Below the pieces are notes generated by a model that did not search any database, was not told where the DNA came from, and saw nothing but the letters and a program-made list of their open reading frames with translations. A program made the position numbers and the translations under genes. Below, in pieces: positions 1 to 9,767 of a stretch of 64,000 nt of DNA. The DNA is taken from contig CAWGAA010000001.1 of assembly GCA_963820525.1 (NCBI GenBank), positions 1,309,299 to 1,373,298 on the forward strand, read 5' to 3'. This DNA comes from an uncultured Spirochaetota bacterium (lineage in GTDB: Bacteria; Spirochaetota; Spirochaetia; SZUA-6; Fen-1364). Numbering within the stretch: position 1 is the stretch's first letter; each line of letters starts with the position of its first letter.

Positions 1-579
1 AGGCATCCTGAAGTCTCCTGGCCCATCCTCCGGGAGATCTTCTACGAGCACTTCGGCAAGGCGCGGCCCAACAGGGCCCACGAAGTGCTTGCAGCTTGGG
101 AGGCGCGCGGCCTGCTGAAAGTCCTCATCACCCAGAACATCGACAACCTTCACTTCGAGGCCGGCTCGCGGAACGTCGTCGAGTTTCACGGAAACTCACG
201 GACCCTTGTCTGCATGGCTTGCCGAAAGAGCCGCCCCGCGGAGCCGAAGCTGCTGGAAGTCCTTCCTCCCCGCTGTCCCTGCGGCGGCATCTACAAGCCG
301 GATTTCATCTTCTTTGGAGAGGGGATCCCGCCGCGCGCCCTGGCGGAATCTCAGGATGCCGCGCGGAAAACCGATGTCATGCTGGTGGTCGGCTCCACGG
401 GAGAGGTGTACCCGGCCGCGGCCGTTCCGCGCCAAGCCAAGGACGGCGGCGCAAAAATCATAGAGATAAATCCCTCGATGTCGGAGTTCACAATCTCCGT
501 AACCGACCTCTTCATCCCGCTTCAGGCGGGAGAAGCCCTTGCGCTCATCGAGCGGGAGCTCACCGGCACGCAACCATGA
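1..579 (+). CDS. cobB: NAD-dependent protein deacylase, Sir2/CobB family (3' portion; 5' end is upstream of the window)
   Basis: The ORF is open to the window start. Sirtuin motifs are present (QNIDNLH, VEFHG, and the Zn-ribbon Cys pairs CMAC...CPCGG). Stop TGA at 577-579. Confidence 0.8.
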   Translation, partial: RHPEVSWPILREIFYEHFGKARPNRAHEVLAAWEARGLLKVLITQNIDNLHFEAGSRNVVEFHGNSRTLVCMACRKSRPAEPKLLEVLPPRCPCGGIYKPDFIFFGEGIPPRALAESQDAARKTDVMLVVGSTGEVYPAAAVPRQAKDGGAKIIEINPSMSEFTISVTDLFIPLQAGEALALIERELTGTQP

Positions 580-593
580 AGGAGAATCTGAAG

Positions 594-1616
594 ATGAAGC
601 TCATAGACCTTCGAAGCGATACCGTCACCCGGCCGTCGCCGGAGATGCGCAAGGCCATGTACGACGCCGAAGTGGGAGACGACGTGTACGGAGAAGACCC
701 CGCGGTGAACAGGCTCCAAGAGCTGTCGGCCGAGATCACGGGCAAGGAGGCGGCGCTGTTCGTGAGCTCCGGTTCCATGGGGAACCTCATCCCCATCTAC
801 CTCAACTGCGGGCGCGGCAACGAGCTGCTGATCGATTCCCGCGGTCATGTCATCAATTACGAGATGGCATCGATGGCAAACATCGCGGGAAGCCTGCCCG
901 TCGCCATCCCCACGGAAAAGGGAATCCTCGCGGCGGAGCAGCTTGGGGAGCGCATCAGACCGGACATCTATTACCTTCCCCATACGCGCATGGTGATACT
1001 GGAAAATACCCACAACCTGGCGGGCGGAACCCTCTATCCCCCTTTCGGTCCTCAAAGAGATCCGCTCCTTCACGCGTGAGAAAGGCTTGAGCGTCCACAT
1101 GGATGGGGCCAGGATGTTCAACGCGGCGGTCGCCTCGGGAGCCTCCCCTCGCGAGATCGCGGCCCAGACCGACACGGTGACCTTCTGCCTGTCCAAGGGC
1201 CTGGGTGCCCCGGTGGGCGCCCTGCTCTGCGGAGAGCGGCCGTTCATCCAGGAGGCCAGAAGGGTGAGAAAGATGCTTGGAGGGGGAATGCGGCAGGTGG
1301 GGGTGCTTGCCGCCGCAGGGATCTACGCCCTCAGGCACAACGTCGAGCGCCTGGCCGAAGACCACCAGAACGCGAAGGCCATCGCGCACGCGCTTTCGGT
1401 CACGAAATGGGCCTCCGTGAATCAGGAGGATGTCGAGACGAACATCGTCTTCGCCCAGACCCTCGGCCCCGCTGACGCAGTTGTAGCGGCCTTGAAGGAG
1501 CGGGGAGGCTGTGCAGCGCCATGGGGAAAAACGCCGTGCGCCTCGTCACGCACCTCGATGTTCCGGCCAAAGACATCGCCGAGGCCGTGAAGATCATCCA
1601 GTCGGTCCGGCTGTAG
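594..1616 (+). CDS. ltaE: Low-specificity L-threonine aldolase, interrupted by two frameshifts (+1 near 1039-1043 in a C5 run; -1 near 1505-1510)
   Basis: The N-terminus [14 protein letters not shown] matches threonine aldolase, with an AAGGAG RBS at 579-584. Homology continues in frame 1 (1087-1500: [12 protein letters not shown]...) and returns to frame 0 for the C-terminus ([14 protein letters not shown]...KIIQSVRL, stop 1614-1616). Removing one C at 1039-1043 restores [15 protein letters not shown]. Confidence 0.75.
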
Positions 1617-1686
1617 AGTGCCCCGTGCGCCGCCCTTTGACTTCCGCGGCGCGCGGGGGTACCTTTTCTTCGAGAGGAGCATTACC

Positions 1687-1896
1687 ATGTACGTAGGGCC
1701 CGCGAACACATATAGCCTGAACCGAGTCAATGATATATTTGGCACCCAGCCCATGCAGGCACAGGAAGGAGTTCGGCCGGACAACGATGCCGATGACGTG
1801 GCGCGGAGGGCTGCCGCGGCCAATACCACGGCCGACCAGACGCGGACTCTGGAAAACCAGGCCGGCCTCGGAAACAGGATAGATACTCTCGCATAA
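1687..1896 (+). CDS. Small hypothetical protein (69 aa); the C-terminus ...LGNRIDTLA is faintly reminiscent of YjfB-like small proteins
   Basis: ATG at 1687 is preceded by GAGAGGAG (1672-1679). Intergenic position between ltaE and the PAP2 gene. No strong homology is recognisable. Confidence 0.35.
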   Translation: MYVGPANTYSLNRVNDIFGTQPMQAQEGVRPDNDADDVARRAAAANTTADQTRTLENQAGLGNRIDTLA

Positions 1897-1961
1897 GCCG
1901 GCGGCCGGACCGCTTGAAAGGCAGGCGGCCACGCCTCGCTCAGAAGGCCGCGCCCCGACGC

Positions 1962-2528
1962 TCAACCGTAGATTCTCGCTACGATCAGGCTCACCACCTG
2001 CACCACGATAAAAGAGAGCGCTGTGCCGAGGATGAGCCCCACCGCTACATCGAATACATAGTGGATGCCGATGGCGATGCGAGACAGGACCATGATGGGG
2101 CTCCACACGACGATGGCGATGAACGCAGCGAAAGGACCGGTGATCCAGAAAAGGATCGACAGCATCGAAGCCCGCGCCGCGTGCCCCGAGGGGAAGGAGT
2201 AGGGGTCGGTTCTCCTGTAGATGGCGCCGGAAGTGCCGGGAGGGCGTTTCCTTCTCACCGACATCTTGATGATGACGGTGAGGACCTCGGCCGCAAGCAG
2301 TCCAACCACGATCATGATGACGCGAGCTTTCCATTGGGGCCCGCCGGCCAGCCATGCGCAGACCAGAAGCACGGCCAGCACTACCGCGTCTCCGGAATGA
2401 GCCACGGTCAGGGCGAGCGCGCGAAGAACCTTCCTGTCCTCAGGGATCTGCAGCGGACGGGTGATCGTCTCGTCGAGGGAGCGAAGCTCACGGATAAAGA
2501 CGGCGATCCTGCCTTCCGGTTTCTCCAT
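1962..2528 (-). CDS. PAP2-family membrane phosphatase (phosphatidylglycerophosphatase / undecaprenyl-diphosphatase-like)
   Basis: All three PAP2 motifs are present: KMSVRRKRP, PSGH and SRIAIGIHYVFD. Several TM helices. Confidence 0.8.
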   Translation of the reverse strand: MEKPEGRIAVFIRELRSLDETITRPLQIPEDRKVLRALALTVAHSGDAVVLAVLLVCAWLAGGPQWKARVIMIVVGLLAAEVLTVIIKMSVRRKRPPGTSGAIYRRTDPYSFPSGHAARASMLSILFWITGPFAAFIAIVVWSPIMVLSRIAIGIHYVFDVAVGLILGTALSFIVVQVVSLIVARIYG

Positions 2529-2742
2529 GGCGAGTTGTGTACCCGATTTGCTTGACTTTGGCTACCCCCGTGAATAGCATCGAATCATCGAACGAGACGC
2601 CTCCCGTCAAAAAGGCCTTTTCCCCGCAAACCCGCAAACCACGATAGAAGGGACCCTCGAGCGCATCCGCTATACGAGCGACGACGATTCCTGGAGCGTC
2701 GTCTCGCTTGTCCTCCGCCTATCGGGCAGAGAGATCACCGCC

Positions 2743-4803
2743 GTGGGGAGCCTCGCCGGCGCCCAGGTGGGCGAGGGCCTTCGGCTGACGGGCCGATGGA
2801 CCGTGCACCCGAAATACGGAGAGAGGTTCCAGGTTCTCTCCTTTTCCACGATAAAGCCGGCCACGGTGGAGGGCATTGAGAGGTACCTCGGTTCCGGCCT
2901 GGTCAAGGGAATCGGGAAGGAGCTTGCCGCGCGCCTGGTGCGGAGGTTCGGCCTGGAGACCCTGGATGTGATCGACGCTCATCCCGGGAAACTGCGGGAG
3001 GTGGAAGGGATCGGCCCGCAGAGGGCGCGCCAGATCGTGGAGGCGTGGCAGGCGGGGCGCGACATCAGGGACCTCATGGTTTTCCTCCAGTCCTATGGAG
3101 TCTCACCGGGGCTGGCGGCACGAATCCACAAGCGCTACGGCAAGGAGGCGCGCAGGCTCATCGAGCAGAACCCCTATCGCCTGGCCGAGGAGATCACCGG
3201 CGTCGGCTTCCTGACGGCGGACCGCATCGCGCTGAAGCTCGACGGCTCCCCCGAATCGCCTCACAGGCTGGAAGCCGGAGCGGTCTTTACCCTCAAGGAG
3301 AAGGGGGAAGAAGGGCATACCCTGGTTGGCCTGGAGGAGCTTGCCGAGGAGTGCGGCCGCCTCTTGGGGCTGGAATCGGGAAAGTGCCTGCAGGCGATCG
3401 ACAGGATGTCCGAGCGCGGCGAGGTAGTGCTCGAGGAGTCCGAGGGTGTCCGCCTGGCCGGGCTTCCGGCACTGGTTGGCGCCGAGGCGGGGTCCGCCGA
3501 ACTTCTGGCCGGCCTGGTCTCCTTCCCCTTCCGTCCGGCTTCGCTCGACATCGAGCGGGAGATCCTTGGCTTCGAAGAGGCCAACGGAATCCACCTCTCT
3601 GAGAATCAGAAGAATGCTGTCCGCCACGCTTGTACGGACAAGGTTTTCGTAGTCACGGGCGGACCCGGTACGGGAAAAACCACGATGCTCAAGGGCATCC
3701 TCGCGGCGCTCACCCGGGCGGGAAGGACCATCCTCCTGTGCGCTCCAACGGGACGGGCCGCCAAGCGAATCGAGGAAGCGACCGGGCGGGAGGCCAGGAC
3801 CATCCACAGGCTCCTGGAATACAGCCCGCAGAAGGGAGGATTCGCCCGCAACCGCTCCAACCAGCTCTCATGCGACGTTCTGATCGCGGATGAGGCTTCG
3901 ATGATCGACATCGGCCTGTTCCACCAGCTCCTCCAGGCCCTGCCCACTCACTGCCAACTCATCCTTGTGGGGGACAAGGATCAGCTGCCTTCGGTGGGGC
4001 CGGGAAACGTCCTGGGAGACCTTATCCGGTCCGCCGTTGTGCCGGTTATTCATCTCACGGAGGTGTTCCGTCAGGCGGAGCGAAGCTCGATCGTGCTCAA
4101 CGCGCATAAAATCAACGCGGGGGAGCTTCCCTCGCTCAAGCAGGAGGAGCTTTCGGATTTCTTCTTTATTGAAAGGAGCGAGCCTGAAGAGATCATAGAG
4201 ACCCTCCACGAGCTCATCCGCCGAAGAATTCCCAACCGCTTCGGCCTCGATCCGATGCAGGACATCCAGGTCCTCACTCCCATGCAGAGGGGGACCCTGG
4301 GCGCCGTGGCGCTCAATCGCGACATCCAGGGAATCCTGAACCCCGACTCCCCGGCCCTCTGGGCGGGCGCAACGGCCTTTCGCCTGGGAGACAGGGTGAT
4401 GCAGCTGCACAACGACTACGAGCGGGGGGTCTATAACGGAGACATCGGGAGGATCGATTCGGTTGACGAGTCGCGGCAGTCGGTGTCGGTGCGCTTCGAC
4501 GGGCGGCCCGTCTCCTACGACCGCGAGGATCTGGACGGGATTTCCCTTGCATACGCCTGCACCGTGCACAAGGCCCAAGGCAGTGAGTTTCCGGCGGTCA
4601 TCGTCCTGCTTCACACCCAGCACTACGTGCTTCTGGCGCGAAACCTTCTCTACACGGCGGTGACCCGCGGAAGGCGCCTCACGGTAATCGTGGGAAGCAG
4701 GAAGGCCCTCGCCATCGCGGTCAAAAGCTCTCAAGCACGGACGCGCACCACGGGTTTGACCATGAAGCTGAAAAAGGCAATGGAGGCGCGCCGCCCGGCG
4801 TAG
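2743..4803 (+). CDS. recD2: RecD2-like ATP-dependent DNA helicase (RecD/TraA family). The N-terminal OB-domain homology extends upstream to ~2578 without a canonical start.
   Basis: Walker A VVTGGPGTGKTT and Walker B LIADEASMID are present, plus an HhH region and a C-terminal SH3-like motif. In-frame upstream codons (2578-2742) encode GTLERIRYTSDDDSWSVVSLVLRL..., which is typical of the RecD2 N-terminus. Confidence 0.85.
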   Translation: MGSLAGAQVGEGLRLTGRWTVHPKYGERFQVLSFSTIKPATVEGIERYLGSGLVKGIGKELAARLVRRFGLETLDVIDAHPGKLREVEGIGPQRARQIVEAWQAGRDIRDLMVFLQSYGVSPGLAARIHKRYGKEARRLIEQNPYRLAEEITGVGFLTADRIALKLDGSPESPHRLEAGAVFTLKEKGEEGHTLVGLEELAEECGRLLGLESGKCLQAIDRMSERGEVVLEESEGVRLAGLPALVGAEAGSAELLAGLVSFPFRPASLDIEREILGFEEANGIHLSENQKNAVRHACTDKVFVVTGGPGTGKTTMLKGILAALTRAGRTILLCAPTGRAAKRIEEATGREARTIHRLLEYSPQKGGFARNRSNQLSCDVLIADEASMIDIGLFHQLLQALPTHCQLILVGDKDQLPSVGPGNVLGDLIRSAVVPVIHLTEVFRQAERSSIVLNAHKINAGELPSLKQEELSDFFFIERSEPEEIIETLHELIRRRIPNRFGLDPMQDIQVLTPMQRGTLGAVALNRDIQGILNPDSPALWAGATAFRLGDRVMQLHNDYERGVYNGDIGRIDSVDESRQSVSVRFDGRPVSYDREDLDGISLAYACTVHKAQGSEFPAVIVLLHTQHYVLLARNLLYTAVTRGRRLTVIVGSRKALAIAVKSSQARTRTTGLTMKLKKAMEARRPA

Positions 4804-4876
4804 CCCTGCGTCGCGCGGCAAGTATCAGCGGTGCTCGGGCGCCTCTTGAGCATGGAGCGACTCCTCTCCGAGGTCC

Positions 4877-6694
4877 CTACCTCCCGTAGAGGGGGCCGAG
4901 GGCGGCGCATGCGCGATAGTCTGCGCCCTCGGATTCGGCGTCTCCGAAGTTCGACCAGTACTTGGGCCGGAATACATCCTGGCCGGGCACGTTGTGCATT
5001 GCCACGGGGATGCGGAAGATCGAGGCCAGGGCGATGAGGTCCGCCCCGATATGGCCATAACTGATGGCTCCGTGGTTTGCTCCCCAGGCGTTCATCACGG
5101 AGTACACGTCACGGAAGGCCCCGCTTCCGGTGAGGCGCGGCGCGAACCAGGTGGTAGGCCACGAGGGATCCGTCCTGACCATGACCGGCTTCGCGATCTC
5201 CTGGGGCAGCTCCACCGTGGAGCCCTCAGCGATCTGGAGAGACGGCCCGAGGCCAGCGGCCATGTTGAGCCTGGCCATCGTGGCCGGCATTCCTCCGCGC
5301 GTCTCGAACTCGGATGAAAACCCTCCGCCCCGGAAATACTCGAGCACGGCGGGGCAGAAGCGGGCGGCCTCCAGGCAGCGGCCCGCCTCCTCGGGCGAGA
5401 TTTCCCAGTACTGCTTCAGCGCAGGCTTTCCATCCCGGGACTGCTGCCCCGTGCCGTCGAGGCATGTGGATCCCGAGTTGATGAGGTGCAGGAAGCCGCC
5501 CGAGGCCTCCCGTGCAAGGCTCTTTCCCGTCACCCGCTTCACGGCCTCCGGGCTCCAGAACGTGCGGACGTCCGAGAAGATCTGGGCGGTGCCGGTGAGC
5601 AGGTGCCCGAAGAGCATCGAGATTCCGTTGAGGTAGTCGTTCTCCGTGGCCAACACGAACGGCTCGCGGATTCCGTTCCAATCGAAGGATGTGTTGAGAA
5701 TCGTCTCCATGAAATCCCCGTTGGGGAAATGGTCGGTCCACTGCCGCTGGCCCTGGAACCCGGCGGCGATCGCGTTGTGCCCGAGGGCCTCCTCGGGGAA
5801 GCCGAGCTCGGCAAGGCGCGGGTTTCCCACCATCAGGTCACGACAGGCGAGAGCCATGAGAACGGATGTCCGCCAGTCCGCGTCCTTCTGGGCGCGCGTC
5901 CTTTGCCGCTCCTCGGGATTCCGGTCGATCCCCTCGGCGCAATTCTCCTTGACCCAGGAGAGGGCGCGAGCGAGCTCGTCGGGATCGAAGATTTTCTCCT
6001 CGATCCTTCGCGTGAGCTCCGACATGTCCACCATTTCGGATCTCATGCCCAGCCACGCCTCCAGGAATCGAGGGTTCACGATGGAGCCGGCGATGCCCAT
6101 GGAAACTCCGCCGACGGCGAGGTACGACTTGCCCCGCAGGGAAGCCGCTGCGAGGCCCGCGCGCGCGAAGCGCAGGAGCTTCTCCCGCACGTCCTGGGGG
6201 ATGGTGGTATCCGATGAATCCTGCACGTCGCGGCCGTAGATGCCGAAGGCGGGGATTCCCTTCTGGGCGTGAGCAGCCAGCGCAGCAGCCAGGTACACGG
6301 CCCCCGGTCTCTCGGTGCCGTTGAATCCCCACACGGCCTTGGGCAAAAGCGGATCCATGTCCATGGTCTCAGCGCCGTAGCACCAGCAGGGGGTCACGGT
6401 AAGGGAAAGTCCCACGCCTTCACGGCTGAACTTCTCCGCCGCCCGGGCCGCCTCGGCGGCGCCTCCGATGCAGGTGTCGGCGATCACGCACTCCACGGGA
6501 AGGCCGTTGGGATGCCTAAGGCTTTCGCCAAACAGCCGTGCGACGGAGCGCGCCATCGCCATGGTCTGGCCCTCCAGGGACTCGCGCACGCCCTGACGCC
6601 GGCCGTCGATGGCCGGCCTGATGCCGATCTTTGGGACGCTCCCCGCGAGCCTGTTGGTCGGCGGGATGGTCCTCATGCCCTTCACTTTCGCCAT
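4877..6694 (-). CDS. fucI: L-fucose isomerase
   Basis: Full-length (~605 aa) and collinear with E. coli FucI (e.g. [79 protein letters not shown]). RBS GGAAGGAGGG lies upstream of ATG 6694. Confidence 0.92.
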   Translation of the reverse strand: MAKVKGMRTIPPTNRLAGSVPKIGIRPAIDGRRQGVRESLEGQTMAMARSVARLFGESLRHPNGLPVECVIADTCIGGAAEAARAAEKFSREGVGLSLTVTPCWCYGAETMDMDPLLPKAVWGFNGTERPGAVYLAAALAAHAQKGIPAFGIYGRDVQDSSDTTIPQDVREKLLRFARAGLAAASLRGKSYLAVGGVSMGIAGSIVNPRFLEAWLGMRSEMVDMSELTRRIEEKIFDPDELARALSWVKENCAEGIDRNPEERQRTRAQKDADWRTSVLMALACRDLMVGNPRLAELGFPEEALGHNAIAAGFQGQRQWTDHFPNGDFMETILNTSFDWNGIREPFVLATENDYLNGISMLFGHLLTGTAQIFSDVRTFWSPEAVKRVTGKSLAREASGGFLHLINSGSTCLDGTGQQSRDGKPALKQYWEISPEEAGRCLEAARFCPAVLEYFRGGGFSSEFETRGGMPATMARLNMAAGLGPSLQIAEGSTVELPQEIAKPVMVRTDPSWPTTWFAPRLTGSGAFRDVYSVMNAWGANHGAISYGHIGADLIALASIFRIPVAMHNVPGQDVFRPKYWSNFGDAESEGADYRACAALGPLYGR

Positions 6695-6740
6695 TGCAGG
6701 TCCCTCCTTCCGTCAGAGTCGAAGATGGACGCGCCGCGGG

Positions 6741-8438
6741 CTAGCCAGCGGCGAAGTGCCTGCTCTTCAGGAAAAAAGCCTCGGCTTCATTGGTCCAGTA
6801 TTCGCCGTCGAGGAGGAGCCGCCCCATCTCCGGCAGATCCCGGGCCAGCTCCTTCACGGATTTCAGGCCGACCCCCCGGGCAAAGGGGAAGATCACGACC
6901 TTTCCCGTGTAGGTGCCGTCCATGAGCGCCTTCATGCCCCGGGAGGCGGCGAACATGTCGCCGACGGCGGCAAGGGAGAGGGCCGTCGAAAGCTTCCTCG
7001 ACTCCACAAGGGCCAGGGTATCCTTCATCGCGGAAAGGGGCGAACCGGAGGAGCCGGTGATCCTCGCCCGGCCGCGCACGACCTCCGCGAGGGGTATCTC
7101 GGCGATGGTTCCGATCTTCACCCCCGCGAAGATATTGAGCACCCCGCAGGGGGCGAGGTAAGCGGAGACCTGGGAGATCACGGCGGACAGAGGAACCAGG
7201 ACAATGATGTCGTCGAATCCGCCGGGGAACTCCCTGCCCACGAATGTGTCAAGATCGTCGCCGTTCAGATCCTTGGAGTTCATGAAGGTGATGGAGACCT
7301 GCCTGCCGCAGCTCTGCGAGATGAGAGAGACGAGGTGCTTGAGGCTCTCCAGGCGCTCTTCGGAATGATCCGTGACCAGGATGTGTCCGGGACCCTTCGC
7401 GTCGCACACCGCCTTGATCACGTGCATCTGGCCCATGGGCCCCGCGCCTCCCACGAACCAGGCCTTTCCCCCGGCGACGAGAGTCTCACGGGTATTGGCG
7501 GCATAGGAGGAAAGCACCGCGCCGTTCAGGGAGCCGACGAACGCGATATTTCTATAGTGGACCTTGCCCACATCCAGGGGGAGCATGACATCCGGCTCGC
7601 TGGTATGGAGCCCGATCACCCCGTTCGCGTCGAGCGAGTCTACCAGACGGGAGAACTCCTCCCGCTCGGGGGTTCCTGCGCACACGATATCGCTCGGGGC
7701 GGGCCCTGCTCCGCCCGGCGCCTCGGCCTCGACGGGCGCGCCGCATGCGCGCGCCATCCGCTCGACTCCCTGCAGGTTCTCCGCCGAGAGTCCCCGGTGG
7801 ATGATCTTCGCGATTTTGCGGGATTCGAAGCCTCCAAGGTCCAGCGGCACCTGCCCCCGCGGGAAACCGCGCAGGAGCAGCACGGCATCCTGCCGCGGCT
7901 CCGTCCTCGCGGCGATCTGGTAGGCGGCGATCACGCACGTCCACGGCTCCACGAGCGCGGCCTCCGCGTATCCGGTACCGGGGTGAACGGGAATCAGGTA
8001 GCACCCCTCGTCCCCGTCCAGCACCTCGGGGCCGATCACGACGTACTGCGAAAGGCCGCCCGGGATGACGTAGCCGAATGCAGTGCTCTTGCCCCGGTAA
8101 AAGACATCGGCCTGGATGATGTATCGACTGCCGGGGCTGAACTTTCCCTTCCATCTCTCCCCGACGCCGACGACAGTCATCGATACCTCGTGGCCGGGGA
8201 CCGTGGGGTTCGCCGTGAGGTCCCGGCCCAGGATCCTGGGGTGAGTGTTGCCCGAGGAGATCAGCTTGATGTCGGAAAAGCACAATCCGCACGCATCCAC
8301 CCGGGCAATGAGATCCTCCTCACCGTACCTGGGGAAGGGAACGAGATCCGGCTTTCCCCCGGTGCCGAACTTCTCGAGCCCCTGGCCCGAAAGCCGCCAG
8401 GAAAGGATCTCCTGGGGCAGCTTCTCGTGGATCTCCAT
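6741..8438 (-). CDS. Zinc-dependent medium-chain dehydrogenase/reductase (sorbitol/threonine dehydrogenase-like), unusually long (565 aa), in an operon with fucI
   Basis: Catalytic Zn motif CGLCFSDIK, the EPWTCVIAAY motif, and a Rossmann GGAGPMG. Start ATG 8436-8438 has AAGGAG 4 nt upstream. The longer ORF reaching 8543 has no RBS. Confidence 0.75.
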   Translation of the reverse strand: MEIHEKLPQEILSWRLSGQGLEKFGTGGKPDLVPFPRYGEEDLIARVDACGLCFSDIKLISSGNTHPRILGRDLTANPTVPGHEVSMTVVGVGERWKGKFSPGSRYIIQADVFYRGKSTAFGYVIPGGLSQYVVIGPEVLDGDEGCYLIPVHPGTGYAEAALVEPWTCVIAAYQIAARTEPRQDAVLLLRGFPRGQVPLDLGGFESRKIAKIIHRGLSAENLQGVERMARACGAPVEAEAPGGAGPAPSDIVCAGTPEREEFSRLVDSLDANGVIGLHTSEPDVMLPLDVGKVHYRNIAFVGSLNGAVLSSYAANTRETLVAGGKAWFVGGAGPMGQMHVIKAVCDAKGPGHILVTDHSEERLESLKHLVSLISQSCGRQVSITFMNSKDLNGDDLDTFVGREFPGGFDDIIVLVPLSAVISQVSAYLAPCGVLNIFAGVKIGTIAEIPLAEVVRGRARITGSSGSPLSAMKDTLALVESRKLSTALSLAAVGDMFAASRGMKALMDGTYTGKVVIFPFARGVGLKSVKELARDLPEMGRLLLDGEYWTNEAEAFFLKSRHFAAG

Positions 8439-8599
8439 GGCTTCTCCTTGATGGTCTGCGAGCGGTTCGCGGTGCTTCTCGCCGAGCTCTAGCAATAAGG
8501 TATCATGGGGTCCCATCGGCGGCAATCCCACGGAGGCGCTCACTTGCCGGTGACAGGGCCGCGTGGTAGCTTAGCCAGGGCAACGTCGTGGAGGTGCCA

Positions 8600-9763
8600 A
8601 TGCAGAGAAAGATCCGCATGGGTATGATCGGCGGCGGCAGGGGCGCGTTCATCGGCGCGGTTCACCGAATGGCAGCGGCCCTCGACGGACAAATAGCCCT
8701 TGTCTGCGGCTGCTTCAGCTCGGACCCCCAAAGGTCCAGGGAATCGGGAGCGGACCTCTTTCTCCCACCGGATCGCGTCTACCCGAGCTTCCCGGAAATG
8801 CTTCAGAAGGAGAAGAAGCTGCCTGAGGGCGAGCGGATGGACTTCGTCTCCATCGTGACGCCCAACAACGTGCACTTCCCCGCGGCCAAGGCCGCCCTTG
8901 AGAGCGGCTTCCACGTCGTGTGCGACAAGCCCATGACCATGAGCCTTCAAGAAGCCAGGGACCTGGCCTCCCTCGTGGAGAAGACGGGCCTTCAGTTCTG
9001 CCTCACCCACACCTACACGGGCTACCCCATGGTCAAGGAAGCCCGGGAGATCGTGACGGGAGGCAGGCTCGGCACGGTGAGAAAGATCATTGTCGAATAC
9101 CCTCAGGGATGGCTCTCCACGCTCCTGGAATCGACGGGGAACAAGGGGGCCTCCTGGCGCACCGATCCCGCGCGCGCCGGGGCCAGCTCCGTCATCGGCG
9201 ACATCGGCAGCCACTGCGAGAACCTTGCGGAGTACATCACCGGCCTTCCCATCTCCGAGCTGTGCGCGGACCTCACCACCTTCGTCGCGGGAAGGAGGCT
9301 GGACGACGACGGCGCCGTGCTCCTGCGCATGGAGGGCGGCGCGCGCGGGGTTCTGTTCGCCAGCCAGGTGGCCGCCGGCGAGGAGAACTCGCTCGCCATC
9401 AGGGTCTACGGCGAGAAGGGCGGGCTTGAATGGCATCAGATGGAGCCGAACACGCTCATCATCAAATGGCAGGACAGGCCCGTGGAGATCCTGCGCACGG
9501 GAAGCGGCTTCTCCTGGCTCTCCGCGCGGGCGCAGGCAAACACCCGGCTTCCGGCGGGACACCCCGAGGGCTACATCGAGGCATTCGCCAACCTCTACAG
9601 GAACTTCGCTCTGGCTCTCGCCGCGCGGCTGGACGGCGGAAAGCCGAAGAGCGGGCACCTCGACTTCCCGACGGTGAAAGACGGAGTGCGCGGAATGGCC
9701 TTCATTGAAACCGTCGTGGAGAGCGCAAAGAGCGACCACAAGTGGACGCGGATGAAAGGATGA
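8600..9763 (+). CDS. Gfo/Idh/MocA-family NAD(P)-dependent oxidoreductase
   Basis: N-terminal Rossmann IRMGMIGGGRGAFIG, the conserved EKP...VCDKP region, and a C-terminal Gfo/Idh/MocA alpha/beta domain. GGAGGTG RBS before ATG 8600. Confidence 0.85.
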   Translation: MQRKIRMGMIGGGRGAFIGAVHRMAAALDGQIALVCGCFSSDPQRSRESGADLFLPPDRVYPSFPEMLQKEKKLPEGERMDFVSIVTPNNVHFPAAKAALESGFHVVCDKPMTMSLQEARDLASLVEKTGLQFCLTHTYTGYPMVKEAREIVTGGRLGTVRKIIVEYPQGWLSTLLESTGNKGASWRTDPARAGASSVIGDIGSHCENLAEYITGLPISELCADLTTFVAGRRLDDDGAVLLRMEGGARGVLFASQVAAGEENSLAIRVYGEKGGLEWHQMEPNTLIIKWQDRPVEILRTGSGFSWLSARAQANTRLPAGHPEGYIEAFANLYRNFALALAARLDGGKPKSGHLDFPTVKDGVRGMAFIETVVESAKSDHKWTRMKG

Positions 9764-9767
9764 CGAG

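Noticed and set aside
96-1079. 327-aa ORF starting at 96 overlapping the sirtuin gene
   Set aside because: Only its last ~160 aa (from 594) are threonine aldolase. The upstream portion is the alternative frame of the sirtuin and is R/G/P-rich.
4896-4932. Hairpin CCGAGGGCG-N19-CGCCCTCGG considered as a bidirectional terminator between recD2 and fucI
   Set aside because: It lies inside the 3' coding end of fucI (the stop is at 4877-4879), not in the intergenic gap. There is no U-tract.
6609-8492. 627-aa plus-strand ORF antisense to the Zn-dehydrogenase
   Set aside because: Arg/Gly/Pro-rich, low-complexity translation with no homology. It lies wholly inside a well-supported minus-strand gene. 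This is a typical GC-rich antisense open frame.
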